Shown: positions 1 through 9,875 of the stretch, piece by piece
Layout: each line of letters begins with the position of its first letter
Position numbering within the stretch: the first letter of the stretch is position 1
DNA from: Alphaproteobacteria bacterium
GTDB taxonomy: Bacteria > Pseudomonadota > Alphaproteobacteria > Micropepsales > Micropepsaceae
Length of the DNA stretch: 60,373 bases
Assembly (NCBI GenBank): GCA_947445215.1
Contig: CANFDA010000001.1
Span: forward strand, 1 to 60,373
Direction: 5' to 3'
The notes under the pieces: generated by a model
Database searches by the model: none
The model's input: only the letters and a program-made list of their open reading frames with translations
What the model was told of the DNA's origin: nothing
Program-made: the position numbers and the translations under genes

Positions 1-1
1 G

Positions 2-46
2 CATGTGATCGTGCGGCAAACCACGGTCGCGCCAAGAGCCGAGTAA
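2..46 (+). CDS. 3' end of a gene entering from the left (possibly LacI-family regulator)
   Basis: HVIVRQTTVAPRAE* followed by a terminator; loosely like the LacI C-terminal 'LIVRxST'. Confidence 0.3.
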   Translation, partial: HVIVRQTTVAPRAE

Positions 47-58
47 CCCTGCAAAAGG

Positions 59-85
59 AAAAGCCCGGTGGTTACACCGGGCTTT
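59..85. terminator. Intrinsic terminator, probably bidirectional
   Basis: AAAGCCCGGTG-gtta-CACCGGGCTTT hairpin between convergent genes. Confidence 0.75.
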
Positions 86-99
86 CTGTTTCTGGGCTA

Positions 100-190
100 G
101 AGCCCGGCAGCGGAGCCGCCGGGCGACCGTCAGCTTCCGACAGCTTTTTTCCACCGCGAACGAAGTGACGAGCGCTGCGACGGATGGGGG
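100..190 (+). repeat. Palindromic repeat family A, internally deleted copy
   Basis: GAGCCCGGCAGCGGAGCCGCCGGGCGAC ... TGCGACGGATGGGGG; ends match the copies at 9876 and 52821. Confidence 0.6.
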
Positions 191-197
191 AAGTCAA

Positions 198-1274
198 TCA
201 GCGCGAATACATCGGCTTCATGCCGGCCGTCGCCAGGTCGATGCGATAGATGGCGCTCGACGCAGTGATGTAGAGCGTCTTCATGTCGGCGCCGCCAAAG
301 GCCATGTTGGCTGCATCGTCCGGCAACAGGATCTGGCCCAGTTCCTTGCCCTGCGGGTTCAGGATGCGAATGCCGCCGGGGCCAGAGGCATAGATGTTGC
401 CCGCGGTGTCCACCTTGACGCCATCGGGCAGGCCCACGCGGCTGTCGCTGTTCCAGTTAGCGAACTGACGCTTGTTGGTCACCGTGCCGTCGGGGCGCAC
501 ATCATAGCGCCACAGCGTTTTGGGGTTCTCGGTGTTGGCGACATACATCGTCTTGCCATCGGGCGACAGACCGATGCCGTTGGGGCGCGGCAGGTCGCGG
601 ATCACCGCCGTCAGCTTGCCGTTCTTGTAGTGATAGACATTGTTGGTGGCCTGCGTCTTGCCCGGCGCCTTGTCGGGATCGCCCTTGCCGGTGACGGGAT
701 CGGCATAGAAATAGGGCGGATCGCTGAAATAGAGCCCGCCATCCTGCGCATAGACCATGTCGTTAGGGCTGGAGAGCGCCTTGCCTTCGAACTTGTCGAG
801 GAAGGACGTCACCTGCATCTTGTCATCGACCTTGATGATGCGGTGTCCGGAATGCTGCGCCACCAGCAGGCTGCCATCGGGCGCGGTGACGATGCCGTTG
901 GAGCCACGGAAATAGCGCGAGTCGAAACTGGCGACGCCGCCGGCGCGGTCCAGCTGCATCGTCAGCTTTCCCTGCGGCGTGATGCTGTAGATCTTGTTGG
1001 CGCGCAGGTCGGAGAACCACAGCTCGCCCCTGTGCCAGGCCGGACCCTCGGTGAAGACGAAGCCGGTGGCCAGCCTCTCAATGCGCGTGTTCGGTGCGAT
1101 CAACTTGTCCAGCGCCGCATCGGCGCGGCGGATGCTGGCGCCTTGTGCCGGGGCGATGCCGGCCTTGGGCGCGGTCAGGGCCGTGGTGGAATAATTCTGC
1201 GCGATGGCCGGTGCCGTGGCGGATAGCGCCAAAACGGCCGCGCCGCACAAGGCGGCAGCAATGGGGGATTTCAT
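198..1274 (-). CDS. Secreted SMP-30/gluconolactonase/LRE family protein
   Basis: Signal peptide MKSPIAAALCGAAVLALSA; FTEGPAW, GSNG, SPND, PNGIGLSPD and PDGVKVD motifs; start moved to ATG 1274. Confidence 0.9.
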   Translation of the reverse strand: MKSPIAAALCGAAVLALSATAPAIAQNYSTTALTAPKAGIAPAQGASIRRADAALDKLIAPNTRIERLATGFVFTEGPAWHRGELWFSDLRANKIYSITPQGKLTMQLDRAGGVASFDSRYFRGSNGIVTAPDGSLLVAQHSGHRIIKVDDKMQVTSFLDKFEGKALSSPNDMVYAQDGGLYFSDPPYFYADPVTGKGDPDKAPGKTQATNNVYHYKNGKLTAVIRDLPRPNGIGLSPDGKTMYVANTENPKTLWRYDVRPDGTVTNKRQFANWNSDSRVGLPDGVKVDTAGNIYASGPGGIRILNPQGKELGQILLPDDAANMAFGGADMKTLYITASSAIYRIDLATAGMKPMYSR

Positions 1275-1455
1275 CTTGGGGTCTCCTCTGGGCGGGGGCC
1301 GTTCTCGAAGGCGGCTGGTCCCTGGGTGCAAAAGCCCACTATCCTCGAGGAAAAAGGTGCGACAGACTAGCCTAGCGGCAACGGCAGTAAACGATTGCAA
1401 TATGACCGCATTTTCTGGAAAAAATGCTGCACAAGCGAAGACGCAGAAAAAGCCT

Positions 1456-2441
1456 ATGACCGAGACCACCACTACCCCGACTACGACCAAGGGCATCGAC
1501 GTTCTCACCATCAGCCAGTAGTTGCGCCCGGCCGAGGGGCGCTGGATCGGCAGCCGCTATCGCCTGACCCGCGCCGACAAGGATGCGGTGCCGGACGAGA
1601 TCGCGTCCAAGGCGCGCGCCCTCATCACTTCCGGCCTGGACGGCGCGCCCGCATCGCTGATCGACCGCATGCGGAACCTGGAGATCACCACCGTCAACAG
1701 CGTCGGCTACGACCTGGTGGATCTGAAGAAGGCGCTGTCGCGGCACATGCCCGTAACCCATACGCCCGACGTGTTGACCGACGATGTCGTCGACCTCGCC
1801 ATTGGCCTGATGATCATGACCTCGCGCCGTCTAGCCCAGGCCGACCGCTTTGTGCGCGCGGGCCGCTGGACCAAGGAGAAGTTTTCCGTCGCCGGAAAAG
1901 TCACCGGCAAGCGGCTGAGAATTCTGGGGCTGGGCCGCATTGGCCGCGCCATCGCCAAGCGCGCCGAAGGCTTCGGCATGGAGATTCTCTATACCGACCG
2001 CGCCAAGATGAGCACGTCGCACCGCTTCCTGCCCGATCTGGTCTGCCTGGCGAAGGACAGCGACTTCCTGATGGTCGCCAGCTCGGCGGGTCCGGATGCC
2101 AAGCATCTGATCAACAGCGCGGTGCTGGAAGCGCTGGGCCCGGAGGGCATCCTGATCAACATCGCGCGCGGCAGCATGGTAGTGAAAACGCGCTGATCGT
2201 GGCGCTAGACGGCGGCAAGGTCGTGGGCGCCGGCCTCGATGTCTTCGAGCATGAGCCCAATGCGCCGCCAGCTCTGTTTGCCCGCGACGATGTCGTGCTT
2301 CTGCCGCATATCGCGTCGTCCACGCGCGAGACCCGCAGCGAGATGGGGCGACTGGTAATCAAGAAACTGGAAGCCTGGTTCTCTAGCAGGCCGCTGGTGA
2401 CGCCAACGCCGGAAACGCTGGCGATGCTGGAAAACCGTTAA
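1456..2441 (+). pseudogene. D-2-hydroxyacid dehydrogenase (GhrB-like), disrupted
   Basis: VGYD, ILGLGRIG, INIARG, GAGLDVFEHEP and PHIAS motifs; in-frame TAG at 1519-1521 and a frameshift near 2181 (ARGS..ENALI split). Confidence 0.85.
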
Positions 2442-2442
2442 G

Positions 2443-2498
2443 GAGCGAGTCCCGGAAAAGTGGGGAGCGGTTTTCTGTAAATGACCCGCTACCAAAAA
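2443..2498 (+). repeat. Palindromic repeat family C (CIR/BRU-RS/RIME-like)
   Basis: Core GGAAAAGTGNNNAGCGGTTTTC shared with 3204, 36874 and 39331. Confidence 0.75.
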
Positions 2499-3203
2499 TT
2501 AATACAAGCGCGTGGCGAGGTATAGAAGCCCCGCGCCTGCCAGCGTGGCGCTGAGCGTCGCCAGGCCGGGGCGCGCCCGCTGGCTGGCGGGAAAAAGATC
2601 GCACGCCCCGATATAGAGGAAGAAGCCGCCGAACGCGGCCAGCCCAAGGCCCAGCGCCTGCGGCGACAGCGTGATGAACAGGCTGAGGACTGCGCCCGCC
2701 ACGGGCGCAGCTGCCACCACCATCAGCCAGGACAGCGCCGCCTTGCGGCTGGCGCCATGGCGCGTCAGCACATTCACGGTGTTGAGGCCGTCGGCGAAAT
2801 CATGCGCCAGGACCGCCGCTGCCACGGCGACGCCGGTGGCGATATCGACCCGAAAAGCCAGGCCCATGGCGAGGCCGTCGAGCAGGCTGTGGGTCGAGAA
2901 ACTCGCCGCGCCGATTAGGCCGCGATGCGGCTGTTCATGGCAATTGTGATCATGGCCCGCAATGCGGTCGATCACGGCATAAAGGAAAAAGCCGCCCGCG
3001 GCGGCAGCGGCGGCCATGCTGAAATCGCCCGACAGCGACAGCGATTCCGGCAGCAGTTCGAAGAAGGCAGCACCGATCACCGCGCCTGCCGAAAAGCCCA
3101 GCGCCAGCGGTAGATGCTGCTTCAACTTCAGCGCCAGCAGGCCGCCCAGCATAGCGGAAAGCGAGGCGCAGGCGGCAAGCGCAATGATGAAGAGGGGAGA
3201 CAT
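2499..3203 (-). CDS. ZIP-family divalent metal transporter
   Basis: Multi-TM; FSAG..IG, ELLPE, HSLLDGLAMG, VLAHDFADG; His-rich loop. Confidence 0.88.
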   Translation of the reverse strand: MSPLFIIALAACASLSAMLGGLLALKLKQHLPLALGFSAGAVIGAAFFELLPESLSLSGDFSMAAAAAAGGFFLYAVIDRIAGHDHNCHEQPHRGLIGAASFSTHSLLDGLAMGLAFRVDIATGVAVAAAVLAHDFADGLNTVNVLTRHGASRKAALSWLMVVAAAPVAGAVLSLFITLSPQALGLGLAAFGGFFLYIGACDLFPASQRARPGLATLSATLAGAGLLYLATRLY

Positions 3204-3260
3204 GAAGTGGTTCCAGCAAAAGTGCGTAGCGGTTTTCCGTTCGGAACCGCGACCAAAAAA
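3204..3260 (+). repeat. Palindromic repeat family C copy
   Basis: CAGCAAAAGTGCGTAGCGGTTTTCCG...CGCGACCAAAA. Confidence 0.75.
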
Positions 3261-3272
3261 AGGGTTCCGTAA

Positions 3273-3417
3273 TTACTCTTCCGCGGAGATCACGTCCACG
3301 CCCACTTCGATGACATGGCCGTGCCCGCCCAGGATGATCCCGCCCACCGGAGCGACATCGCCATAGTCGCGGCCCCAGGCCGTGGTGACATAGCCTTCGC
3401 CCACCGGCACATCGTAG
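3273..3417 (-). pseudogene. C-terminal remnant of a transglutaminase-family protein, cut by the IS
   Basis: Reads DVPVGEGYVTTAWGRDYGDVAPVGGIILGGHGHVIEVGVDV..* (AWGRDYxDVxP motif); 5' part absent. Confidence 0.75.
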
Positions 3418-3455
3418 TGACCTGACGGATATTTTGTACCACTGGCATAGAGAGA

Positions 3456-4330
3456 CTATTGCATTGCCGCCGCCCGATCCAGAGGTTGTGGAATTGGGCT
3501 AAATGCCTGTGGTGCGGGTGGCCGATATCCCAGCGATGAGTGGGCTCTGGCGGTGTTGTAGTGGCTGCGCCATTGTCCGATGACGGCCTTGGCCTCCTTC
3601 AGGCTGTAGAAGATTTCTCCGTTCAGCAGCTCGTCACGCAGCTTGCCGTTGAAGCTCTCGCAGTAGCCATTCTCCGAGGGCTACCAGGCTCGATGTAAAG
3701 CGTCTTGGCCCCAACCTGGGCTAACCAATGCCGAACGATCTTGGCCGTCATCTCTGGTCCATTGTCGGACCGGATGTGTTCAGGGACGCCCCGGACCAGC
3801 ATCACGTCCGCCATTGTCTCAATCACACCCAGACTGTTGATCCGGCGGGCAACACGGATCGCCAGGCATTCCCGCGTGAACTCGTCGATCAGCGTCATAA
3901 GCCGGACCTTGCGGCCGTCATGCGTCTGGGCTTCGACAAAGTCGTAAGACCAGACGTAGTTACGCCGTTCCGGTCTCAGCCGGATACAAGACCCATCGTT
4001 GAGCCACAAACGGCTCCGGGGCCTTTTTTTACTGGGAACTTTAAGCCCCTCGCGGCGCCAGATGCGTTGCACGCGGTCAGTGCCAACGGCCCATCCAGCA
4101 TCCCTGAGCAGCCACGTGATCCGCCGATAGCCATAGCGGCCATACTCTGACGCCAGACCAATAATGGCCTGCGTCAGAGCATCTTCGTCCACACGACAAA
4201 TCACTGTGTAACGCTGCGTACCACGTGGCTGACCAACGAGCCGGCAGGCATGACGTTTCGAGAGACTGTACTTCTCACGAGCCCCCGCAACCGCCTGCCG
4301 GCGCCGTTCGGGGCTTACAAGTTTCCCCAG
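3456..4330 (-). pseudogene. IS3 transposase OrfB (DDE), frameshifted
   Basis: YGYRR, WSYDF, IDEFTREC, SDNGPE; the expected EPGSPWENGYCESFN is broken by a 1-nt loss near 3676. Confidence 0.85.
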
Positions 4331-4593
4331 GCGATATCCTTGAGAACCTGCTTATCAAGCGAAAGATCTGCCACCAGGCGTTTCAACCGGGCGTTCTCCT
4401 TCTCCAGATCCTTCAGCCGCCTGGCCTGATCAAGCTCTAAACCGCCATATTCCTTGCGCCAGCGGTAATAACTTTGTTGCGATATGCCCGCTTCCCGGCA
4501 CGCTATCGGCGCAGACTTGCCCTGCGATATCAAAACCTCAATCTGGCGCAGCAAAATCACAATCTGCTCCGTGCTAAAACGCTTCTTTGGCAT
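4315..4593 (-). CDS. IS3 transposase OrfA (HTH)
   Basis: MPKKRFSTEQIV..YYRWRKEYGG..LEKENARLKRLVADL; ends at a GGGAAAC slippery site. Confidence 0.9.
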   Translation of the reverse strand: MPKKRFSTEQIVILLRQIEVLISQGKSAPIACREAGISQQSYYRWRKEYGGLELDQARRLKDLEKENARLKRLVADLSLDKQVLKDIAWGNL

Positions 4594-4655
4594 AACCAAG
4601 TTCCTTTCCAAGTCAGTTTCAATCAAACCGCTTGGTAAAAAACCCGGTCAGGTCA

Positions 4656-4720
4656 GGAAGGTTTCGCAACGAGGTGTCTGCTTCTTGGCAGACCCGAGTT
4701 GCGGCGGATGGGGGGTTCAA
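4656..4720 (+). repeat. Family A repeat, 3' half only, abutting the IS end
   Basis: GGAAGGTTTCGCAACGAGGTGTCTGC..GCAGACCCGAGTTGCGGCGGATGGGGG. Confidence 0.85.
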
Positions 4721-4783
4721 CAAACGGAATAGATTTGCCCCCAAGCGCGCTGCGCGGCTCAGGCAGCGTGGCGCGCGAAGGCG

Positions 4784-5587
4784 TTAGGCTTTGACGGTCC
4801 GCCTGGGGCGATGCGTAAAGATTGCCAAGGGGATGGTGGCGATATAGGTCGCCAGCGCGGCGGTCAGTGTCGCCCACGGCCAGAAAACCAGGCAGGCGAG
4901 CAGCCCGGCAACGGCCAGCCAGCCCAACCAGCGCAAGCGGCGCGGTAGTTTCAGATACTTCAGCGATGGCATGGGCAGAGCGCTGACCATCAAGCCGGAA
5001 ATCAGCGCCAGGATCACCGCCGCGATCGCCGGGTTCTGGATGCGCGGATCGTCCCACTGAAACGAAAGCAGCAGCGGCGACAACACCATGAAGGCGGCGG
5101 CGGGAGTGGGCAGGCCGGTGAAATAGGGACGGACGTTGGTGGCGCCTTCATCGCGCGCCGCCTGCACATTGAAGCGGGCCAGGCGCGTGGCGGATGCGGC
5201 GACGAACACCAGGGCAAGGATCCAGCCCGGCGTGCCAATATCCTTCAGGCACCATGTGAACATGATTATGGCAGGGGCGACGCCGAAGCTGACAATGTCG
5301 GCCAGGGAATCCAGTTGCGCGCCGAAGCGGCTGTCCGCGCCCAGAATGCGCGCGGCGCGTCCATCCAGCATGTCGAAGATACCGGCGCAGACCACGGCGG
5401 CGACTGCTGGCATCCAGTCGCCGGAAATGGCGAAGCGGATGGCGGTGAGGCCGCTGCACATGCCCAGCAAAGTGAGGAAGGACGGCACCAGCTTGGAAAC
5501 GGAAATGTCTTCCAGCTTTTCCAGCCGCGCCTTCACGATAGCCCGGGCGCGGGCGCGGCGTGACTGGCGTTCGGTCTGATCCGTCAT
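4784..5587 (-). CDS. pssA: CDP-diacylglycerol--serine O-phosphatidyltransferase
   Basis: DMLDGRAAR..S.FGAQLDSLADIVSFGVAPA, RLARFN, FTGLPTP; coupled to psd. Confidence 0.92.
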   Translation of the reverse strand: MTDQTERQSRRARARAIVKARLEKLEDISVSKLVPSFLTLLGMCSGLTAIRFAISGDWMPAVAAVVCAGIFDMLDGRAARILGADSRFGAQLDSLADIVSFGVAPAIIMFTWCLKDIGTPGWILALVFVAASATRLARFNVQAARDEGATNVRPYFTGLPTPAAAFMVLSPLLLSFQWDDPRIQNPAIAAVILALISGLMVSALPMPSLKYLKLPRRLRWLGWLAVAGLLACLVFWPWATLTAALATYIATIPLAIFTHRPRRTVKA

Positions 5588-6237
5588 GGTATCTCGGCCA
5601 ATATGGTTTCGCCCGCCACGGTAGTCATGCCGGGCGTGGCGACGATGCGCGCGCCCTGCGGCAAATAAACGTCCAGACGGCTGCCAAAGCGGATCATACC
5701 GAAGCGCTCGCCGCGCTTCACTTGCTGGCCTTGCACCAGGTCCCAGACGATGCGCCGCGCCACCAGTCCAGCGATCTGCACCACGACCAGGTCACGGCTT
5801 TCGTCGCTTGCGCCTTCGGGGCGCACCCGGATGGCGTTGCGCTCGTTATGGACCGAGGCCTTGTCGAAGGATGCATTGAAGAACTTGCCGGGGCGATAGG
5901 CCAGCGCGATCACGGTGCCGCTGATCGGATTGCGGTTCACATGTACATTGAAGACGTTCATGAAGATGGAAAGCCGCAGCCGCGGCGCATCGCCCAGCCC
6001 CAGTTCCGGCGGCGGGGCGGCTTCGATGATGGGAAGCAGCTTGCCATCAGCGGGCGAGAAGATCAGGCCCGCACCGGTTGGCGTCACCCGATCGGGATCG
6101 CGGAAGAAGGCGATGCACCAGATGGTGAGCGGCAGCAACAAGAGCCCCGGCAGAGGCGACATCAAAAAGGCGAGCAGGTTCACGCCCGCGAACAAAGCTA
6201 TGAACGGGAAGCCTTCGCGGTGAACTTTGAAACTCAC
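5584..6237 (-). CDS. psd: Phosphatidylserine decarboxylase
   Basis: FFRDP, SPADG, SIFMNVFNVHVNRNP, QIAGLVARRI, RFGSRLD. Confidence 0.95.
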   Translation of the reverse strand: MSFKVHREGFPFIALFAGVNLLAFLMSPLPGLLLLPLTIWCIAFFRDPDRVTPTGAGLIFSPADGKLLPIIEAAPPPELGLGDAPRLRLSIFMNVFNVHVNRNPISGTVIALAYRPGKFFNASFDKASVHNERNAIRVRPEGASDESRDLVVVQIAGLVARRIVWDLVQGQQVKRGERFGMIRFGSRLDVYLPQGARIVATPGMTTVAGETILAEIP

Positions 6238-6238
6238 G

Positions 6239-6538
6239 CTAGGGTACGCGCGAACCGGTGAAGGGGAACGAGCCGAACGAGCCCGCCTTGACGGTGCCGC
6301 TCAGTATGTCGCCCGCGACCGCGCCGTTGAAATCCAGCGTCATCGGCATGGGCGAGGAAATCTTGGCGGACCAGGAGACATTGTCCCCATCCACCTTACC
6401 ATTCTCCAGCGAGCCGGAGCCCTGCTGGGCGGCCTGCGCGCCGGTCAGGGTGGCGCCATCGGTCTTGAGATCAAGCGTCGCTTTCACCGCGCCCATGGGC
6501 GAGTTGATGACGATTTCCCATTTTCCATCGGCGACCAT
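6239..6538 (-). CDS. Small conserved hypothetical protein
   Basis: MVADGKWEIVINSPMG...GSFPFTGSR; good codon usage; abuts psd. Confidence 0.75.
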   Translation of the reverse strand: MVADGKWEIVINSPMGAVKATLDLKTDGATLTGAQAAQQGSGSLENGKVDGDNVSWSAKISSPMPMTLDFNGAVAGDILSGTVKAGSFGSFPFTGSRVP

Positions 6539-6612
6539 GACAAATCTCTCTGATTTCCCGGGCATCTAAGGATGGCATGGACCCGAGCGCAAGGGGGCTG
6601 TAAGGAACTGTC

Positions 6613-7782
6613 ATGTCTAGAAAAACAATCGTTTTGCCCAAGGGCCGCCGCGCCCGTATCGGCAGCCCCTGGATCTTCTCCAACGAGATCCGCATGGACG
6701 AGGCTGCCAAGTCGATTGCGCCCGGCAGCGTCGTCAATGTCCGGGGCGATGATGGCCGTGCCTTCGGCACCGGCTATTTCAATCCCAAGAGCCTGATCGC
6801 GGTGCGGCTGCTGTCATCCGAATGCGATGTTCCGGTCGACCGGGATTTCTTCGGCACGCGCATTGTCCGTGCCCTGGCCCTGCGCGATGCGCTGTATGAC
6901 AAGCCCTTCTACCGGCTTTGCCACGCCGAAGGCGACGATGTGCCCGGCCTGGTGATCGACCGCTTCGACGATGTCCTCACCGTGCAGATCGGCACCGCCG
7001 GCATGGAGAAGCAGCTCGACACCATACTGGCGGCGCTGGATGCGACACTGAAGCCGAAGACCGTCATCCTGCGCAACGATGCCCCCAGCCGCGCGCTGGA
7101 AGGTCTGGAGATTTACGTCCGCACCGCCAAGGGCGAAGGTGCCCGCATCGCGGTGGTGGAAAATGGCGCGCGTTACATCGCCGACCTGGCGGTCGGGCAG
7201 AAGACCGGCTGGTATTACGACCAGCGCGACAACCGCGCTTTCATCGCGTCGCTGGCCAAGGGCAAGAGCGTGCTGGATGCCTACAGCTATTCCGGCGGCT
7301 TCGGCGTGCTGGCGGCCAAGGCGGGCGCGACGGAAGTGATCTGCCTGGATTCCAGCGCGCCCGCGCTGGCGCTGGCCGAGGAAAGCGCCAAGGCCAATGG
7401 CGTCAAGATCACGCCGGTGAAGGCCGATGTCTTCGAGGAACTGGAACGCCTGACCGGCGCTCAGGAGACGTTCGACATCGTCGTGACCGATCCGCCGCCC
7501 TTCGTGAAATCGAAGAAGGATCTGGAGCCCGGCGCCAAAGCCTATCGCAAGCTGGCCAAGCTGGGGGCGCAAGTCACCGCGCCGCGCGGCCTGCTCAAGA
7601 TCGCCTCCTGCTCGCATAACATCCCGCCGGAGCGTTTCGCGGCGGAATGCGCCGCGGGCATCGCCCGCACCGGCCGCACGGCGCGGCTTATTCGCCAGGC
7701 GGGCGCGGGCACGGACCATCCGGTGCATCCGCTGTTGCCGGAGAGCGCATATTTGAAGGCGCTGGTTTACGCCCTCGACTAG
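6613..7782 (+). CDS. rlmI: RlmI-like SAM-dependent rRNA methyltransferase
   Basis: PUA-like N-terminus (PWIFSNEI), GQKTGWYYDQRDNR, DPPPF, SCS. Confidence 0.85.
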   Translation: MSRKTIVLPKGRRARIGSPWIFSNEIRMDEAAKSIAPGSVVNVRGDDGRAFGTGYFNPKSLIAVRLLSSECDVPVDRDFFGTRIVRALALRDALYDKPFYRLCHAEGDDVPGLVIDRFDDVLTVQIGTAGMEKQLDTILAALDATLKPKTVILRNDAPSRALEGLEIYVRTAKGEGARIAVVENGARYIADLAVGQKTGWYYDQRDNRAFIASLAKGKSVLDAYSYSGGFGVLAAKAGATEVICLDSSAPALALAEESAKANGVKITPVKADVFEELERLTGAQETFDIVVTDPPPFVKSKKDLEPGAKAYRKLAKLGAQVTAPRGLLKIASCSHNIPPERFAAECAAGIARTGRTARLIRQAGAGTDHPVHPLLPESAYLKALVYALD

Positions 7783-9716
7783 ATCGTGATTTGCGTGCCG
7801 AGCTCTACCACCCGATTGGGCGGCAGCTGATAGAAGCGCGCCGGTGACAGTGCGTTGCTGGCGGTGACGCGGTAGAGCCAGTTGCGCCAGCGCGGCAGTT
7901 CGGAATGCTCGGCCTGCACAAGCGTTTCGCGGCCAATAAAGAAGGTCACCGAATTCAGGTCCAGCGCCAGGCCGAAGTGGCGGGCATCTTCCAGCGCCTG
8001 CGGCACGTCGGGGGTTTCGAAGAAGCCGCAATGGATGCGCACGGTGTAGAAGCCCTTGCCCAGCCTCTCGATCTCCAGCCGGTTTTCCGGCCGCACCGTG
8101 GGCGTTTCATCGACCACGACATTGGCGATCACCACCCGTTCATGCAGCACCTTGTTGTGCTTGAGGTTGTGCAGCAGCGCGCCGGGCACCACGTCGATGC
8201 GCGAGGCCATGAAAATGCCAATACCCGCGACGCGGACTGTGTTCTTGTCGGCGCGCTCCAGGAAGAGCGACAGCGGCAGGGAATCGTTGCGCACCTTTTC
8301 CAGGTGCACGCGGCGGCCGCGCCGCCAGGTGTCCAAAATGATGATGATGACGATGGCGAACAGCAGCGGCAGCCAGCCGCCGACGGGAATCTTCAAGCTG
8401 TTGGCTGCTAGGAAGATAAAGTCGCTGAAGCCAATGGCGCCGAACAGGAAGAATGCGAACAGGGCAGGCCAGCGCCACTGCTTGCCCGCCACGATACCGG
8501 CGTTGAAGGTGTCGATCACCATCACGCCTGTCACCGCCAGGCCATAAGCCGCTAGCAGATTGTCGGAGTGGCGGAAGATCAGCACCAGCAGAACCACGCC
8601 CACCGCCAGCAGCAGATTCACGCGTGGGACATAGATCTGGCCGTAATCGGCGGCGCTGGTGTGGCGGATTTCCATGCGCGGCAGCTTGCCCAGCTGCACC
8701 GCCTGCTGCGTCATGGAGAAGACGCCGGTAATCACCGCCTGCGACGCGATGGCGGCGGCCATGGTCGCGAGGATTACCATCGGCCAGTGCGCCCATTGCG
8801 GGATGACGGAGAAGAAGGCGAAGCCCACCAGCTTGGGCTCCTGCAGGATGGCGGCGCCCTGGCCGAAATAGTTCAGCAGCAGGGCCGGCAACGCCACGAA
8901 CAGCCAGGTATACTGGATCGGCTTGCGGCCGAAATGGCCCATATCGGCATAGATCGCCTCGCAGCCCGTCACCGCCAGCACGACGGCGCCGAGGCTCACG
9001 AACGCCACCCAGGGCGCAGCCAGGAATATGTCCAGCGTATAAAGCGGATTGATCGCCAACAGAATGGTGGGGTCATTCCACAATGACATCGCGCCAAGCC
9101 CGGCTAGGGCCAGGAACCAGAACAGCATCAACGGCCCAAACAGCACGCCGATCTTATGAGTGCCGCGGCTCTGCAGCATAAAGAGGCCGATCAGGATCAC
9201 CAGCGACAGCGGCACCACCAACGGCTCCAGCGCCGAATTCTCTACCGTTAGGCCCTCGATGGCTGACAGCACGGTGATGGCGGGGGTGAGCAGGGCGTCG
9301 CCATAGAACAGCGCCAGACCGATAATGGCACCAATGCCGATCATGCTTTTGACGCGACGCGACAGGCCGGGCGAGCGGTGCGCCAGCACCGCCAGCGCAA
9401 GGGTACCGCCTTCGCCGTAATTGTCCGCGCGCAGGATGATGAGAACATATTTGACCGTCACCACCAGGATCAGCGCCCAGAACACCATAGATATTGAACC
9501 CATCACCGCCATCGAATGGGCGATGCCGGCGCTTTCTGTGGACTGCACGATGAAACGCAGGGCGTAGAGCGGGCTGGTGCCGATATCGCCGAACACCACG
9601 CCCATCGCACCCAGCATCAGGAGCGGCGTGCTGCGGGCGCTGTGGCGCAAACTCTCCGGCGCGCTCTTGGGGAAAGCTGTGAGCGGTCCGGCGTCGTCGT
9701 GCGGGGGAATGATCAC
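7779..9716 (-). CDS. kup: KUP-family potassium transporter
   Basis: GVVFGDIGTSPLYA, GEGGTLAL, ADMGHFG, GQIYVP, LHNLKHNKVLHE, VVELG. Confidence 0.95.
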   Translation of the reverse strand: MIIPPHDDAGPLTAFPKSAPESLRHSARSTPLLMLGAMGVVFGDIGTSPLYALRFIVQSTESAGIAHSMAVMGSISMVFWALILVVTVKYVLIILRADNYGEGGTLALAVLAHRSPGLSRRVKSMIGIGAIIGLALFYGDALLTPAITVLSAIEGLTVENSALEPLVVPLSLVILIGLFMLQSRGTHKIGVLFGPLMLFWFLALAGLGAMSLWNDPTILLAINPLYTLDIFLAAPWVAFVSLGAVVLAVTGCEAIYADMGHFGRKPIQYTWLFVALPALLLNYFGQGAAILQEPKLVGFAFFSVIPQWAHWPMVILATMAAAIASQAVITGVFSMTQQAVQLGKLPRMEIRHTSAADYGQIYVPRVNLLLAVGVVLLVLIFRHSDNLLAAYGLAVTGVMVIDTFNAGIVAGKQWRWPALFAFFLFGAIGFSDFIFLAANSLKIPVGGWLPLLFAIVIIIILDTWRRGRRVHLEKVRNDSLPLSLFLERADKNTVRVAGIGIFMASRIDVVPGALLHNLKHNKVLHERVVIANVVVDETPTVRPENRLEIERLGKGFYTVRIHCGFFETPDVPQALEDARHFGLALDLNSVTFFIGRETLVQAEHSELPRWRNWLYRVTASNALSPARFYQLPPNRVVELGTQITI

Positions 9717-9875
9717 AGGGTGACGAAACTTTTCATGACGACGAAAAAAGAACTAGCCTCAGTGTGGACACATCCGCCAGGACGGGGACCATAGTCCTTT
9801 GTCCCGCTGCCCCAAAGCGGGGCGCGGCAGGATAGCGCAGATTATCCTCAAGGGGTTGAAACTGAGGGTAATTAA

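Larger units (their letters stand above)
3418..4655 (-). mobile_element. IS3-family insertion sequence (IS407-like), 1238 bp
   Basis: Terminal IRs TGACCTGACGGATATTTTGTACCA / TGACCTGACCGGGTTTTTTACCA; orfA+orfB; no target-site duplication. Confidence 0.93.
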
